Shown here piece by piece: positions 35,101-47,100 of a DNA stretch of 64,000 bases. The DNA is taken from assembly GCA_013239625.1 (NCBI GenBank), contig MU053933.1, forward strand, positions 1,759,026 through 1,823,025. The letters are read 5' to 3'. Origin of the DNA: Lama guanicoe (lineage: Eukaryota). The notes under the pieces are model-generated. The model was given only the letters and a program-made list of their open reading frames with translations, made no database searches and was not told the DNA's origin. Each line of letters starts with the position of its first letter. Within the stretch, counting starts at the first letter, position 1. The position numbers were made by a program, and so were the translations under genes.

Positions 35101-38100
35101 CTGGCCCAGCAGGGAGAGTAAGGAGAAGTTCTTCTCACTGGAGGAGATGGTGGCTGAGAACTTCCCTGGGTGGATGAAGCACATGATCCTGTTGCTCTGG
35201 GAGACGCATGGGCACCAGGCAGGCTGGATAAACAGAAATCCACCCTGCTGCCCATCATAGAGAAATCACAGACCATCAGAGGCAAGAAGATCTTACAAAC
35301 CCCCAGAAGGGAAAGCTGGAACACCTCTGAAGGCGGACGGAGCCCCTGCGGACGTGGCCAGAGCCCGGGGCCCTGGGCCGCGGCAGCCCAGCCCAGAACT
35401 CTACGTCCAGTAGAGGGAGCTTCCCGAGGAGACAGAGGAACAGTCCGAAGGAAACAGAAAGGGAGCTGGTCACTGCCGCCCGCCTTCACCTGAAGTTTCC
35501 GTAAAGCGTGTTCTTCAGCGAGAACAGAAGCCATCCTCAAAGTCGGGTCTGAGTTACAGGGTCCGGCACCAGAGACACTGGTTAGCAGGTGAGTCTAAAC
35601 AGTCTTACCAGCAGAAATGATGCCCAGTTTGCGAGGCTGCAAGTGCACGGGGCTGACACCCGCAGCCTGTGTACCCGGAACGGCACGGTCACAGTTGGAC
35701 TGTCGCTCTCGTGTCTGTTGGGAACAGAGCGGGGATCTCACCACCAGACTTTGTTAACTGGACAGAGAAGTCCAACAGAACTTCCAAACGATTAGAAAAG
35801 GTGGATTTTTAAAGCTACACACCAGAAATTGACACATTATAAACCGACCATACTTTAAAAAGAGTATATTAAAAAAAAGCAAAGACAAGTTCATTTTTTT
35901 AAGACAAGAAAGTAGGGGGGAAAAGCATAAAATAAGAAAACTTGAGGTAGAAATTAAGATTTATGTAAAATCCCCTGTCTGTCTGGGAGGAACACCCCTG
36001 CGCTGTGGGAGTCGCCCCCGGGAGGTAGCGGATTTGGGGAGGTTCTCACGTGCTTATTTCTCAAACATGTGAGCCCGAGTTGAGCTGGTGGAAGCCCTTC
36101 CCCAACTGCGTGGCTCATGGTGAGCGCGGGAGTCACAGCTCTGTCTAGGTGGCCCTGGGCCACTGCTTTATGCTCAAGTCTGCGGCCACACCTTCCTCAT
36201 TCTGTGATGCCTGGCACTTTCCGCTGCCCACCTGAGCCCATTTCTGGTGTGACCCTGTCATCCTCGGGCTGAGGAGCCTCCGTGCCGTGTTAAGGGCACA
36301 GATGTGGAGCCAGACCTCCCGTTTGGGCCCTGGCTCCCTGCTGACCCAGCCAAGGTTCTGCCCTTCTCACCTGGGAAGCAGATGTCGCCTCTCAGCTGTA
36401 CTGTCAAGACCGCGTCAGTGTGTAGAATCTGTGGGCAGCGCTGCCCAGAAGTTTACTACCAACAGGCAGATTTTGAGTTTTTTCCAAAAATCATTGGTTG
36501 AAGTGTGCAGAGAATGGCTTGCTCACACGTGTGCAAGGGCAAGCCTGTGTCTGAATGAAAGAAGTCACAAAAAAATTAGTGCTGGACCCAGGAGCCAACC
36601 GGCAAAACTCCTAATTTGAAATAGTCCCCAGACTGGCTGTGAGCAGACCAGCTTCGTCCGCGGCAGCACATCCATCCACAGGGAGGCCAGTGCGTCTAGA
36701 AAGGCTGAGCCGCTGCCCCGCGGGCGCTGGCAGCTGGCGGCAGAGCACTGCCTGGAAAGGCCGCCTTCCGCAGGTGGGCCTCTGCTGGCGCCCCCTCCAG
36801 GATGCTGAGAACAGCCGCCTGCGTCTCTCTGTCTGTCTGCACTTCATTCCTCCTCACCAGCCCCCTTAGGGCCCCTCCTCCGATTGGCCATTGGTCCCAG
36901 GAGTGTAGGGGTGTCCGAGAGACGGCCTTCGCCCAGCCACGCCTTGTGGTGAAGAGGAAGCTGGGACCCCAGCCTGTGGGGCAGAGCTGTGTGTCCCCAC
37001 ACTTCCACTTGGGCTGGTGGGGACGCTCTTGGGGAGGGGAACCAGCCCTGGCCCCCTGGTTCTCAGGTGTTAACTTCATGTTCTGGTCCCCACTCCGCGC
37101 TCCCGGCAGCCCTGTGAGGAAGCAACTGTTGGCCCCTTCCTGTAACTGGGGAGACGGGCCCAGGCGGTCAGGCTTGGAGCCTCTCTAAACACCGGGCTGC
37201 CTGCCTGTCAGCGTTCCCCGGCCTCTGTCTTCCAGGGCTGGTCCCCTCCGAAAGCGGAGGGGTTGGTGTCCAGCTCACAAAGGACAGGCCATCTGGCCAC
37301 CTTCCTGAGCCTGGGAGCCGTCCTTCCTGATCTAAGACCACCCTTCCAGGGTGCCCGGCCGTGGTGGGCGTGGTGCTGGCCACGGCCGCGGGCTGGCTGT
37401 GTGCCCACAGCCGCCTCTCCCCTATTCCGTGGATGCAGCGTGTGGTTTCCCATCAGTCCACGGCGCACGGGAGAATCGGAGCCCGACAGGAAGATGAAGA
37501 AATCCACCTAAACTTTCTGTAAAGAGTAATGTGGATGAGAATGACTGTGCTTGACATATGTAAGTTTAAGGTCCCTTTATGGCTGGACCAGGCCCTAGTT
37601 TGCTTAGTTACTTCTGCGTTTTGAAGCTTCCTCTGAAACCTTCCACAGAGCCTCGGAGTCGGCATGTTGGGCTTAAGTCGGAGCTCTGGCACTCACGGAC
37701 AAGTTACCTTTCCTCCGGGTTTTGGGAACAACAGTAGCACCACCCCGAGATGCTTGAGAGTTAGATGAGGTGCCAGGTGCGACGTACAGAGCAGAGCTCC
37801 TGGTGTCCCGTCGGTACTCAGAAGTGGTTGTCGATAGTAATAATAATAATATGATGATAATGGTATGTTCTATTAAGTGAATGCTTTGCTCACTGCACTA
37901 TTTTATGGAATATCTGATTTTTAAGAAAAAATATTTTAAATCATGTCCTTTAGATACATTGATTAAAGAAAAGTCCACGTAAAATGTGTTTCCTCCTCCA
38001 TCTCTCCTCCTTTTCATTTGACTTCTCCCCTGACTTCTGCTTAGAGAGGGTAATTATAATTTTAGAAACCTTAATTTATTAAATATAAGCCATCAAAACT

Positions 38101-41100
38101 CCTTTCTAGCAGAAAATCCCAGTCTGGATGAAGGCTGTAGGAGCCCCGCCCACATCAGGAGCGGGAAGGGAGGGCCCGGAGGGTGGCCACCCACACCTCG
38201 CTGACATCCCTCCCTGTGTGTCCACAGAGCTGGTCATGCTACTGGAGTGGTGGTCGTGCACCGCATGCACCCTGTTCACCGACCAGGCCACGGTGGCCCG
38301 CTTTGGGAAGGAGCACGCGGTCATTATCCTCAATCACAACTTCGAAATCGACTTCCTCTGCGGGTGGACCATGTGCGAGCGATTCGGTGTGCTGGGGGTG
38401 AGCAGCGCGGGGGCCCGGGGCCCTGGGAGGTGCGGGCGTGGCTCTGGGTTTCCCTTGCCTCTGGGTCTCGCCCCAGTCCCTCCAAGCTAGGAGTCCGAGT
38501 GAATGGCTGCCCGCAGGTGCCTGGGGCTGCAGGCTGCCCCCAGCTCCCCGGGGGGCTGGCTCGAGCGATCAGGTGTCGCTGCGCTTCCTCTCATAGCTCC
38601 TTCCTCCCTGGTCAGCTCAGCTGCCTCAGATAAGACAGGCCGAGGGGGCCTCTGCTTGGAAGCTCGTGGGATATGACCCCTGGCATCATCCCCAGGGACC
38701 CTTGGGCCTGGTGGTCAGAGCAGCCCCAGGAGTCCAGTGTGCAGTCTGTGCCCTGGGCTTCCCGCCCGCCCGCCTGCCAGCATCGGCCTGTGCCGGCCAG
38801 GTCTTTCCATGGTTTCCTCGTCTGGGCCGTGCTGGTCCCCACACTCAGAGTCAGGGGCTCCCGATGACAGCCAGTCTTGGGGGTGGCCTGAGGCAGTGCT
38901 GCCCTCTGGGACCCGGTGGCCCTGATGCACCAGCTGCCTCCCCCCCAGAGTTCCAAAGTCCTGGCTAAAAGGGAGCTGCTTTACGTGCCCCTCATCGGCT
39001 GGACCTGGTACTTCCTGGAGATCGTATTCTGCAAACGGAAGTGGGAGGAAGACCGGGACACCGTCATCGAAGGACTGAAGCGCCTGGCTGACTACCCCGA
39101 ATACATGTGGGTGAGTGAGGCAGCGTGAGGGGAGCCCCGCGGTGCCAGGAAGGCAGCCCGAGTTGTTAGCTGTGAACCGAGGAGGCCCTCTGAGCACCAG
39201 GGGGGCTGTGCGCCGCCCCTCGGGGCCTCGCGGACCGCCTGCTTCCCGCCGGCCCCGTGGGACCCGCTGTGCTCAGGGCACCCCCGCTGCACAGCCGGCC
39301 GCCCGGAGCAGAGCCTGCGGGGCTGAGCGCCCGGGCTGGGAGCCTCTCTGCAGGCAGGCTCTCGTGTGCAGTCAGGTGAGGGAGCTGCCCCCCGGGGTCC
39401 CCGTGTGCTTGGGTTCCTCGGAGGCTGGCCCTGCACTTGAGAGCTGCCCCTCGGGGCGGGGCGGGGCCGGCCCGGGCCGAGCGGATGGAGGCTGATGGAC
39501 GGCCGTCCCGAAGTTCGCGTCCGTCGGTTTGGGCATGAGTTCTCGCCGAACCCCTCTTACTGGCCCCCGACGGCAGTTCCTTGAGAACCGGCTCTTACGT
39601 TCCCGGCGTCTGTGACTCGCGTTGGGCTGGTGGGTAGAAGACGGTTTCCGGGAGCCCTCCGAACGCTGCTGTCGGGGGACACGCTGCGCCTTCTCTGGGA
39701 GAGGCGTCTTTTCACTCCTTGGGAAACGCGGGAAAAGCTCTCCGCGCGGGAGCGTGGCCGCGGCCGAAACAGCGCAGCCTCTCTGCCTGCGCCGCGCGGC
39801 TCACGCGCGGGACGCGGGCGGGTGTCCCCACCACTAGGCTGCCGCGCGCCGGGGTCGCAGCCCGGCCTCGGCGCCCGCGCTGACCCGCGTCCCGGGTCCG
39901 GCCCAGTTTCTCCTGTACTGCGAGGGCACGCGCTTCACGGAGAAGAAGCACCGCGTCAGCATGGAGGTGGCCGCCTCCAAAGGGCTGCCCGCCCTCAAGT
40001 ACCACCTGCTGCCTCGGACCAAGGGCTTCACCACCGCGGTCCAGTGCCTCCGCGGGACAGGTGAGCGCCCCGCCGGGGCCGCGCCGCCCCTGCGCTCCGA
40101 GCAGAGCGAGACGCGAAGCCAGTGATTTGCCAGAACGCAAATAAGTGAATTACGCGTAAAGTGCGGGAGGCCGCTAGCCCTACAGGGAGAATCGAGTAAG
40201 CGGACCTACGTGCTGTAGGATTCTTGAGTCATTTTTGAGCTGATAAAATACTAGTTAACGGAAAATAACTGAAGTGATAATTAAATTAAAAAGTGTGTAA
40301 CTAAAACCTTAAAGGGGGGGGGATATATATATAGCAAATTAAGCCAAAAGGAGGCAAGAGAAAAGAAGGGGACAAAGAGCAGGACGGGTAGGAAGCAGCC
40401 AGACAGTAACCTGAAGCTCAAACGTGCCGGTAAGTCCGGTGATGTGAGTCCGCTGGATGCGCCAGGAAGGGATGGGAACCCGCAGAAGCCAGCGATCCAG
40501 GCGCAAACCGCGGTGGGCCGGGCTGCAGGATGTCCGCTGGCAGCGCTCACCCTCTGCGCCCCTCCCTGCAGTCGCAGCTGTCTACGACGTCACGCTGAAT
40601 TTCCGAGGAAACAAGAACCCGTCTTTGCTGGGGATCCTGTACGGGAAGAAGTACGAGGCGGACATGTGTGTGAGGTGAGCTCAGCCTGCTCCCGCGGGGG
40701 CGGGGCCTGGCGGGGCGGGGCTCGCGGCGCACCGCCCCTCTCACCTCCCCGCTGCTCCCACGTCGGGGTGGTGCGGAGTTCCACCATCCAGCCAGGACCC
40801 GCACCAGGGAGGACAGTAGGAAGGCAAGGAGTGGGGTGCGAGGTGCATGCAGAATGCTTCAGAAGCTCTGAGGGAAGAGTGACCCCTTCCCTTGAAGGGA
40901 GCAGGGGCTTTTCGGAAGAAGCGTCTGAGCTAAGATTTGCGCGGTGAGTAGGACTTCCACAGGCAGGAGAAGGACAAGCTGTCCCAGCCCAAGTGGAACA
41001 CCCACGTGGCCCCCCTTCATGGTGTACGGCCGCCCTGACCTCGGCCACGCACCTGGCCTCCAGCTCCTGGCGACCTTGGGCTGAGCCTTGGGGTTCCACC

Positions 41101-44100
41101 CCAGCCAGCCTCAGCCGCACTGCTCAGTCAGCCCTGCCTCAGGGACATCCGGTTGGTTAATGCAGGGCTGCTGGGGCTGGCTGGCCGCAGGGACACCGGA
41201 GAAATCTCCAGAAGCAAACCTCAGTCGGAAGCGGGGCCCCACGTAGCCCTTAAAATGTCCCCAGGTTATCAGAAACTGTTCTGGTTAACCTGTGCAGTGA
41301 GCATTTATTGAGTGTCTACTGTATGCAGAGCAGGAGGGTAGAGATAGGTGAAGGCAGGCAGCGGGATCAGAGAGAACGGAGTTTCTGCAAGGCTTCGCTG
41401 CTGCAGCTGCAGAACCGTGGGGCTTGGGGGAAGGTGGCTGCGGCTCACGGGCCTGTCCCAAGGCCTGCCCTGGAACCTGAACACCGTGGGGCGTGGAGGG
41501 GGTACCTTCCCTGGATCCCCCCCCCAGGCCTCAGGCAGGCAGGCTGTGCTCCAGGCACACTCTGGGAGCAGAGGGAGGGAAACGACCACATGGTTGCCCT
41601 TCTCCCTAGTTTGTAGTTGGATGGGAAGGGAGGGGCCCTTGCACCCCTTCCTCCCACCTCCTTGGAGGCCCCAGGGGGCTCCCTAAGGTGGACACAGGGT
41701 GCTGGCCTTTCAGCCCATGTAGAAACCCAGATATCTCCCCGAGGGGGCAGTGCAGGCTCTCCCTCCTACGGAAACTTCCAGAAGCTGCACTGCTTCCGGA
41801 GTGACTTTTTGCTGGCACTGGTGACTTCGGCCCAGAGGGGCAGGGATCTCAGGGTCAGAGGGGAGCTGTCCTGGGCCACTGGTTGGGCTCATTCTGAAAT
41901 GCATTTGAGGCTTCACTTGGAGAGTAGATCCCTGTCTAAAACACAAGCTCAGGGTCAGGGATCAGAGTCATTCCCGGAGATGGGCCATGTCACTGCCATG
42001 CTCTGACTTTCCAAGCTTCTCTGCCTCATGAAGTATTTAATAAATATTGTATTTATTATCATCATTTAAAGTTATTTTATATACTTTATCCTGCATGTAA
42101 TAGATGTACAGCAGAGCCTATATGGCATATATGTCACACATATGAAATCAGGGGAGCACAGTCATGTGAGTTTGACACTTTGGTGGTCGTCTCTCTCTGT
42201 AGACAAACCCCTTCTGACTGGTCCTGGGCATCCCTTGTGTGGTGCTCCCACTGTCCCATGAGCACAAAGCACCTCCCGGCCCCCTTGGCAGAGCCCTGGG
42301 GGATGCCTTCCCTTCCTGAAGTGGTATCTGTGGTCTGGGGACTCCTGGAGCCCCCCAGCACCTTTCCACTGCCAGAAAGGCAGGGCGTTCCCTGTGTGTG
42401 TACAAATCGTGCAGCCCCGCCTCTGTGTCAGCTCCATACCTGCTACTGATGGTCCACAAAGTTAACCCATTTTGTTTACTAGGAGGTTATATGTCTTCCT
42501 CACTCCTTTGCGCATACAGTAGTTTCCCAGAGGCTGCGTGATGTGTGGCACCAGCATTGCTCGGATGTCTGATCACATGCATGCTTGTAAAATTTCTCAA
42601 GTTTTCATTTAGAATATGGTAAAGACCAACAGGTAAAACACACAAAACCTGACGTTCTCAGTTCTCAGAGAGAAAAAGATGACGACACCTTGAAACAAGG
42701 AGATTTACCTCTGACCGTGGAAATTTCTCCTGTCTCTTCTCTCACTGTGGTCCTTCCCCGATGGGCAGCCAGGCCCTGGGTTAAGTATTCTAGCTCACGT
42801 GTGCACTCGGCAGCCCCTCCCAGCAATGTTGAGGTACTACAGTGGCCGTGGCACGTGGCCCCTGCCCTGCCGTGTCTCACCAGGTAGACACTGCTCCTTG
42901 TGGGGCTGGCAGGCCAGCTGGTGGTGAGGTTAAATGTAAATCCGTTTCCTAATTGAAGTCAGTCATTTATTAATTGAGATTAAAGTTTCTAAATCTATCT
43001 TGCTCTTCATATTTGAAGCTGTAGATTTCATTTGTGAAACTCGTAATCATGAGACTCACCCAGTCAAGGTTACTTCCAAGGAATGAACTATTAAGAGAGA
43101 CCAGAACTCTTGCCAAAAAACGATGAGCCTTCGCAGTGGAGCGGGGGGCGGGGCCCGCTCAGCTACCCGCTCCCGGGTGTCCCTTGTGCGGTACTCCCGC
43201 GGTCCCGTGAACACAGAGCGCCTCCCAGCCCCCTCGGAGCACCAGCGGATGCCCAGGGAGAGGCTGCTTTGACATTTGTGTGCTTTCAGAAATTGAGAGT
43301 CAGATTTGAATAGAAAAGGCACGATAGACAACCAGCCCTGATGCACAGTGATTTGTTTCTCCCCTTTCCAGTCTGATGTCATCTGGTGATTCACTTTGCT
43401 TTCACTTTTCTTAATAAAACAGGAGATTTCCTCTGGAAGAGATTCCACTGGATGAAAAGGAAGCGGCTCAGTGGCTTCATAAATTGTACCAGGAGAAGGT
43501 AAAGGCCTTAGCCCCCCTCCCGGCACCCCAGGGTCTCATGAAGAGATGTCGAAGGGGCGGCCCACAGGGCAGGCGGGCGTCACACAGCCTGGCTCTGGGG
43601 CAGGAGCGCCGCGCCGTCCTCAGATCCTTCTTTCTGATCCTTCTCTTTCTTCCTTCGTTTTTCTTAGCTTCTGAGAAATTGGCAACCAGAGAAAAGTCTT
43701 AAGGGTATCCTAACTCTTGTATGCCCGTGGCCGGTAACACTTCATCACATTCGTTTCCTTTTTCTCATGTAAAGGAAATCACAGCTCTGTAACACACTGT
43801 ACGTGTGTATACATATGGCTGATTACAATCTAGATGACATGACAGGCTTCCTGTGATGACCTCACCCTTCCCCACTCCCCCAAGGACGCTTCACCTCTGA
43901 CTCTTACTTCCAGTTTATGTCATGGACACAAACATACAGACACTAGGTATTCATTTTCAGCATTAAGGGAGGCTTAGGTAGTCAGAAAATCCCGCCAGTA
44001 TGTAACACACAGCGTTTCAAATGCATCAGCAAGCTCCAAGATTGTAGGGGAGCTCTCTAGGGATCAAAGAGGGGGGCTGAAGGCCGGGAGGGAAGGCGGT

Positions 44101-47100
44101 GGGTGGAAGCTCGTGGAGTTCGCTGGTCCCCACAGCCTGAAGTCGAGTTTCAGTGCCCACATGGAAACAGAAGACGAAGGTCTGCCTGCACTCAAGGCCA
44201 GAAGCTAGAACTGAAGACCCCAGTGAAGCTGGGATCCTCAGGGAGCTTCGCCCTCAGAGAAGTGAAACTGGAAAATGTACCTGCCAGCACAGGAAGTGAC
44301 TCAGAAGCTGGCCTTTCCCCTCTTGGTCTTGAAAAGTCTCCCTGGTAACTCATAACCATGGTGCTATCCGCAGACAGGTGCAGGGTTTGAATTTATACTA
44401 ACAGCACGGGTTAGGAAGAACAAAGCCAAAACAGCAGCATAAAAGTGGTTCCACGTGATCGCCCTAGTATCCCCGAGAGAAGCACGTGTGAAGCTGGACG
44501 AGCACGACCCCAAGCCTAAGCTGCTCCGACTCCCTCAGGCGAGCGTCTGCCAGAGACATGCTCACAGCAAGACCCGCCACAGGCAGGTGCGACAGACACA
44601 CAGACAGAAAACTAAGCTTGCGCTGTGGGGCTCCCAGGCAGCAACCAGAATCACTGTGTTTGAAATGATTAAGCAAAAGAGAAGGAATTGAGAACAAAGG
44701 AACAAGACCTTTCTAAGAAAGAGACAGATCTGAGAAAAACCCAGTAGAATGCACAGGCATAGGAAGCCTAGTGGCTGTGAAGCCACGGCCAGAGGGGGAG
44801 GCGGCGAACCGGGAGGCGCTGAGGGCGCTGCCCAGCAGCAGCGCAGAGGAAGTGGGAACACGAAAGGGAGGTGAGGACACGGACGGGAAACAGTGTGTCC
44901 AGGGGGAGGTCCAGAGGAGAAGCTCAGGAGAGTGGTCGGCGGTAACATGCAGCTTCCGGAACTCTGAACGTGGTTTCATCAGGTTCAGGAAGCACAAGTG
45001 TGGAACAGGATGGACAGAAAGAACGGGCGTGTGCACACGTATGTACACACACACCCACACACGCATTGTACACACACACCCCAAATAGAGTAAACCCAGG
45101 GAAAGAACAAAGAAAATAAAGAGCATAAATTATTTAAGCAGGAAGCAACGCCACAAAAGAGTGAATCTGTGGCACCAAAGCTTTTCTATAAAAATATTAA
45201 TAAAATAGAAAGCCTTGGGCAAGACTGACCAATTTAAAAAGAGTGACAGTATCAATGGGGATAGAAAAGATGGCACCACCGAAGAGCAGGGAGTGAAAAG
45301 AACAGAGGAGCAAAACGAGTAACTTCATGCGCATACATTTGGAAACTTGGATAAAATGTGTGATTTCCAAGAACATTCAAAGCCTCTCCAGAAGATAAAG
45401 AAACCTAAACAGAAAAGAAACGCAGTGTGTGCGCATCAGGTAGATGGATGGGCAGAGGGACCGCGCACGCAGGAGGCTGCAGCGGAGAGCGCGTCTCTGG
45501 ATCTGGGTCAAGTTTTAAGTTTGAAACTCTTCCACGGAGTGACGTGCACGCAACAGCGTTTAGCAGGAAATGAGAAATAAGCTAAAGGTGTGTGATTAGG
45601 ACCGAGGCCATTGTGTATTCGTGTTCATCTGCGGTGATTCAGTTACAGTGAATGAACTGTGTATTATCAGTCTAACTGAATCTTGAGAATGTTAAGTGTA
45701 AAAACAGCAGATTTGCAGTGGGTGGATGGTAGGACACTACTCTCAGAAGATCACAGGAGGCCGGAGCAGTACCGTATATTGTAGTAGAGGTGCCCGGCAC
45801 GGGAGCAGTACCGTATATTACTGTAGAAGTGCCCATGCACAGGTAGTGCAGGTGTAAACCCTTCCTGGGGATGGAGATCTCCCCCCCACCACAAGCATGA
45901 CGATTCTAGAGGGGAAACCACAGGCCTCATCTCCAGTCTGTAAGGGGGGCTTTCTAAAACAATCTGATACAAGTTTTGATGTAACTGATTTATACGGGTA
46001 TTTTTCTATGTTCTCCTTTAATATTGAAACATATAATACTGCTTTTTGTAAAACTTATATTTTAATGTGCATTAAGGACACCATACTGCGTGTCATGTTC
46101 TCCCATCTTTTTCTGTTTCTAGTGACTGTTGTTTTTTCTGTCTGTCAACATGGACATAGACAGATTTAATCCATTCCTTTCAGATGCCGAGCTCCACCAT
46201 GTGATGACACCCCGTTTTAGTTAAGTGTCTTCCCATCTGTGAACATTTATGAACTAGCTATGCAAGTGTGGGAGTGTTTCTGTGAGACACTAGCCCTGTG
46301 ACTGGCGGCGGAAGCCCGTCTGCCCTTGCAGAACTTTTCTAAGCTGTGCTTCATCCCCCAGCTGAGCGCGAGTTGCTTTTTCTCCCTGTCTTGAGGAGAG
46401 ACGGCAGGGTCTGGAACACTTTTGGTCCCACTGCCCCCTGCCAGGGAGATACAGACCCTGAAGTGACAAACTCAGCTCTTTGGTCCTGCTGTAATGCACA
46501 CACTTCTGAGAGGCGTGGCACTTTATGCCTTTGGTCACAGCAGCAGCACATGTGTGGCAGGCCTGTCCTCCGGAGAGCCAGTGATGGTCACCTTGCTTAG
46601 CTGCACCTCTGCCTGCCAGCAGAGCACAGGCGAGGGGACTCCAGCCGAGGAGTTGAGTAGCCGGCTGGAGATGATGGGCAGATCCTGGCTAGCCCTGGAC
46701 CCTGCCGTGTGCCTCCCAGAATGACAAAGCTGGGGTTGGGGGGGTGCTCAGGGCTCCTGGAGGAACCACGAAGCAGAGCAGGCCTGCAGGAAGGGGGACC
46801 ACCATCTGGGGGCCGTCTGCTGGTGGGATGGGTGTGAGGAGAGGAGCCCTTTCAGTTGTGCATGGAATTGCTGACAAGTCAGGACAGACGGAGGTCACAC
46901 CACTGTCTGAGGGCTCACCCCACAGGGCACCCTGCCAGGGAGGACGGGCCCTGGGTGGACCATGTGTGTGCGCGTGGGTGGTGCACAGATGGTCCAGAGA
47001 CACCCTGTCACAAACCTGGTCTAAATCTGCGGCCACGATGTGCTCTCCTGCAGGGCAAGGGCCTGCCTTCTGGTTTGTCAGTGTCCCCATGGGCCCACCT

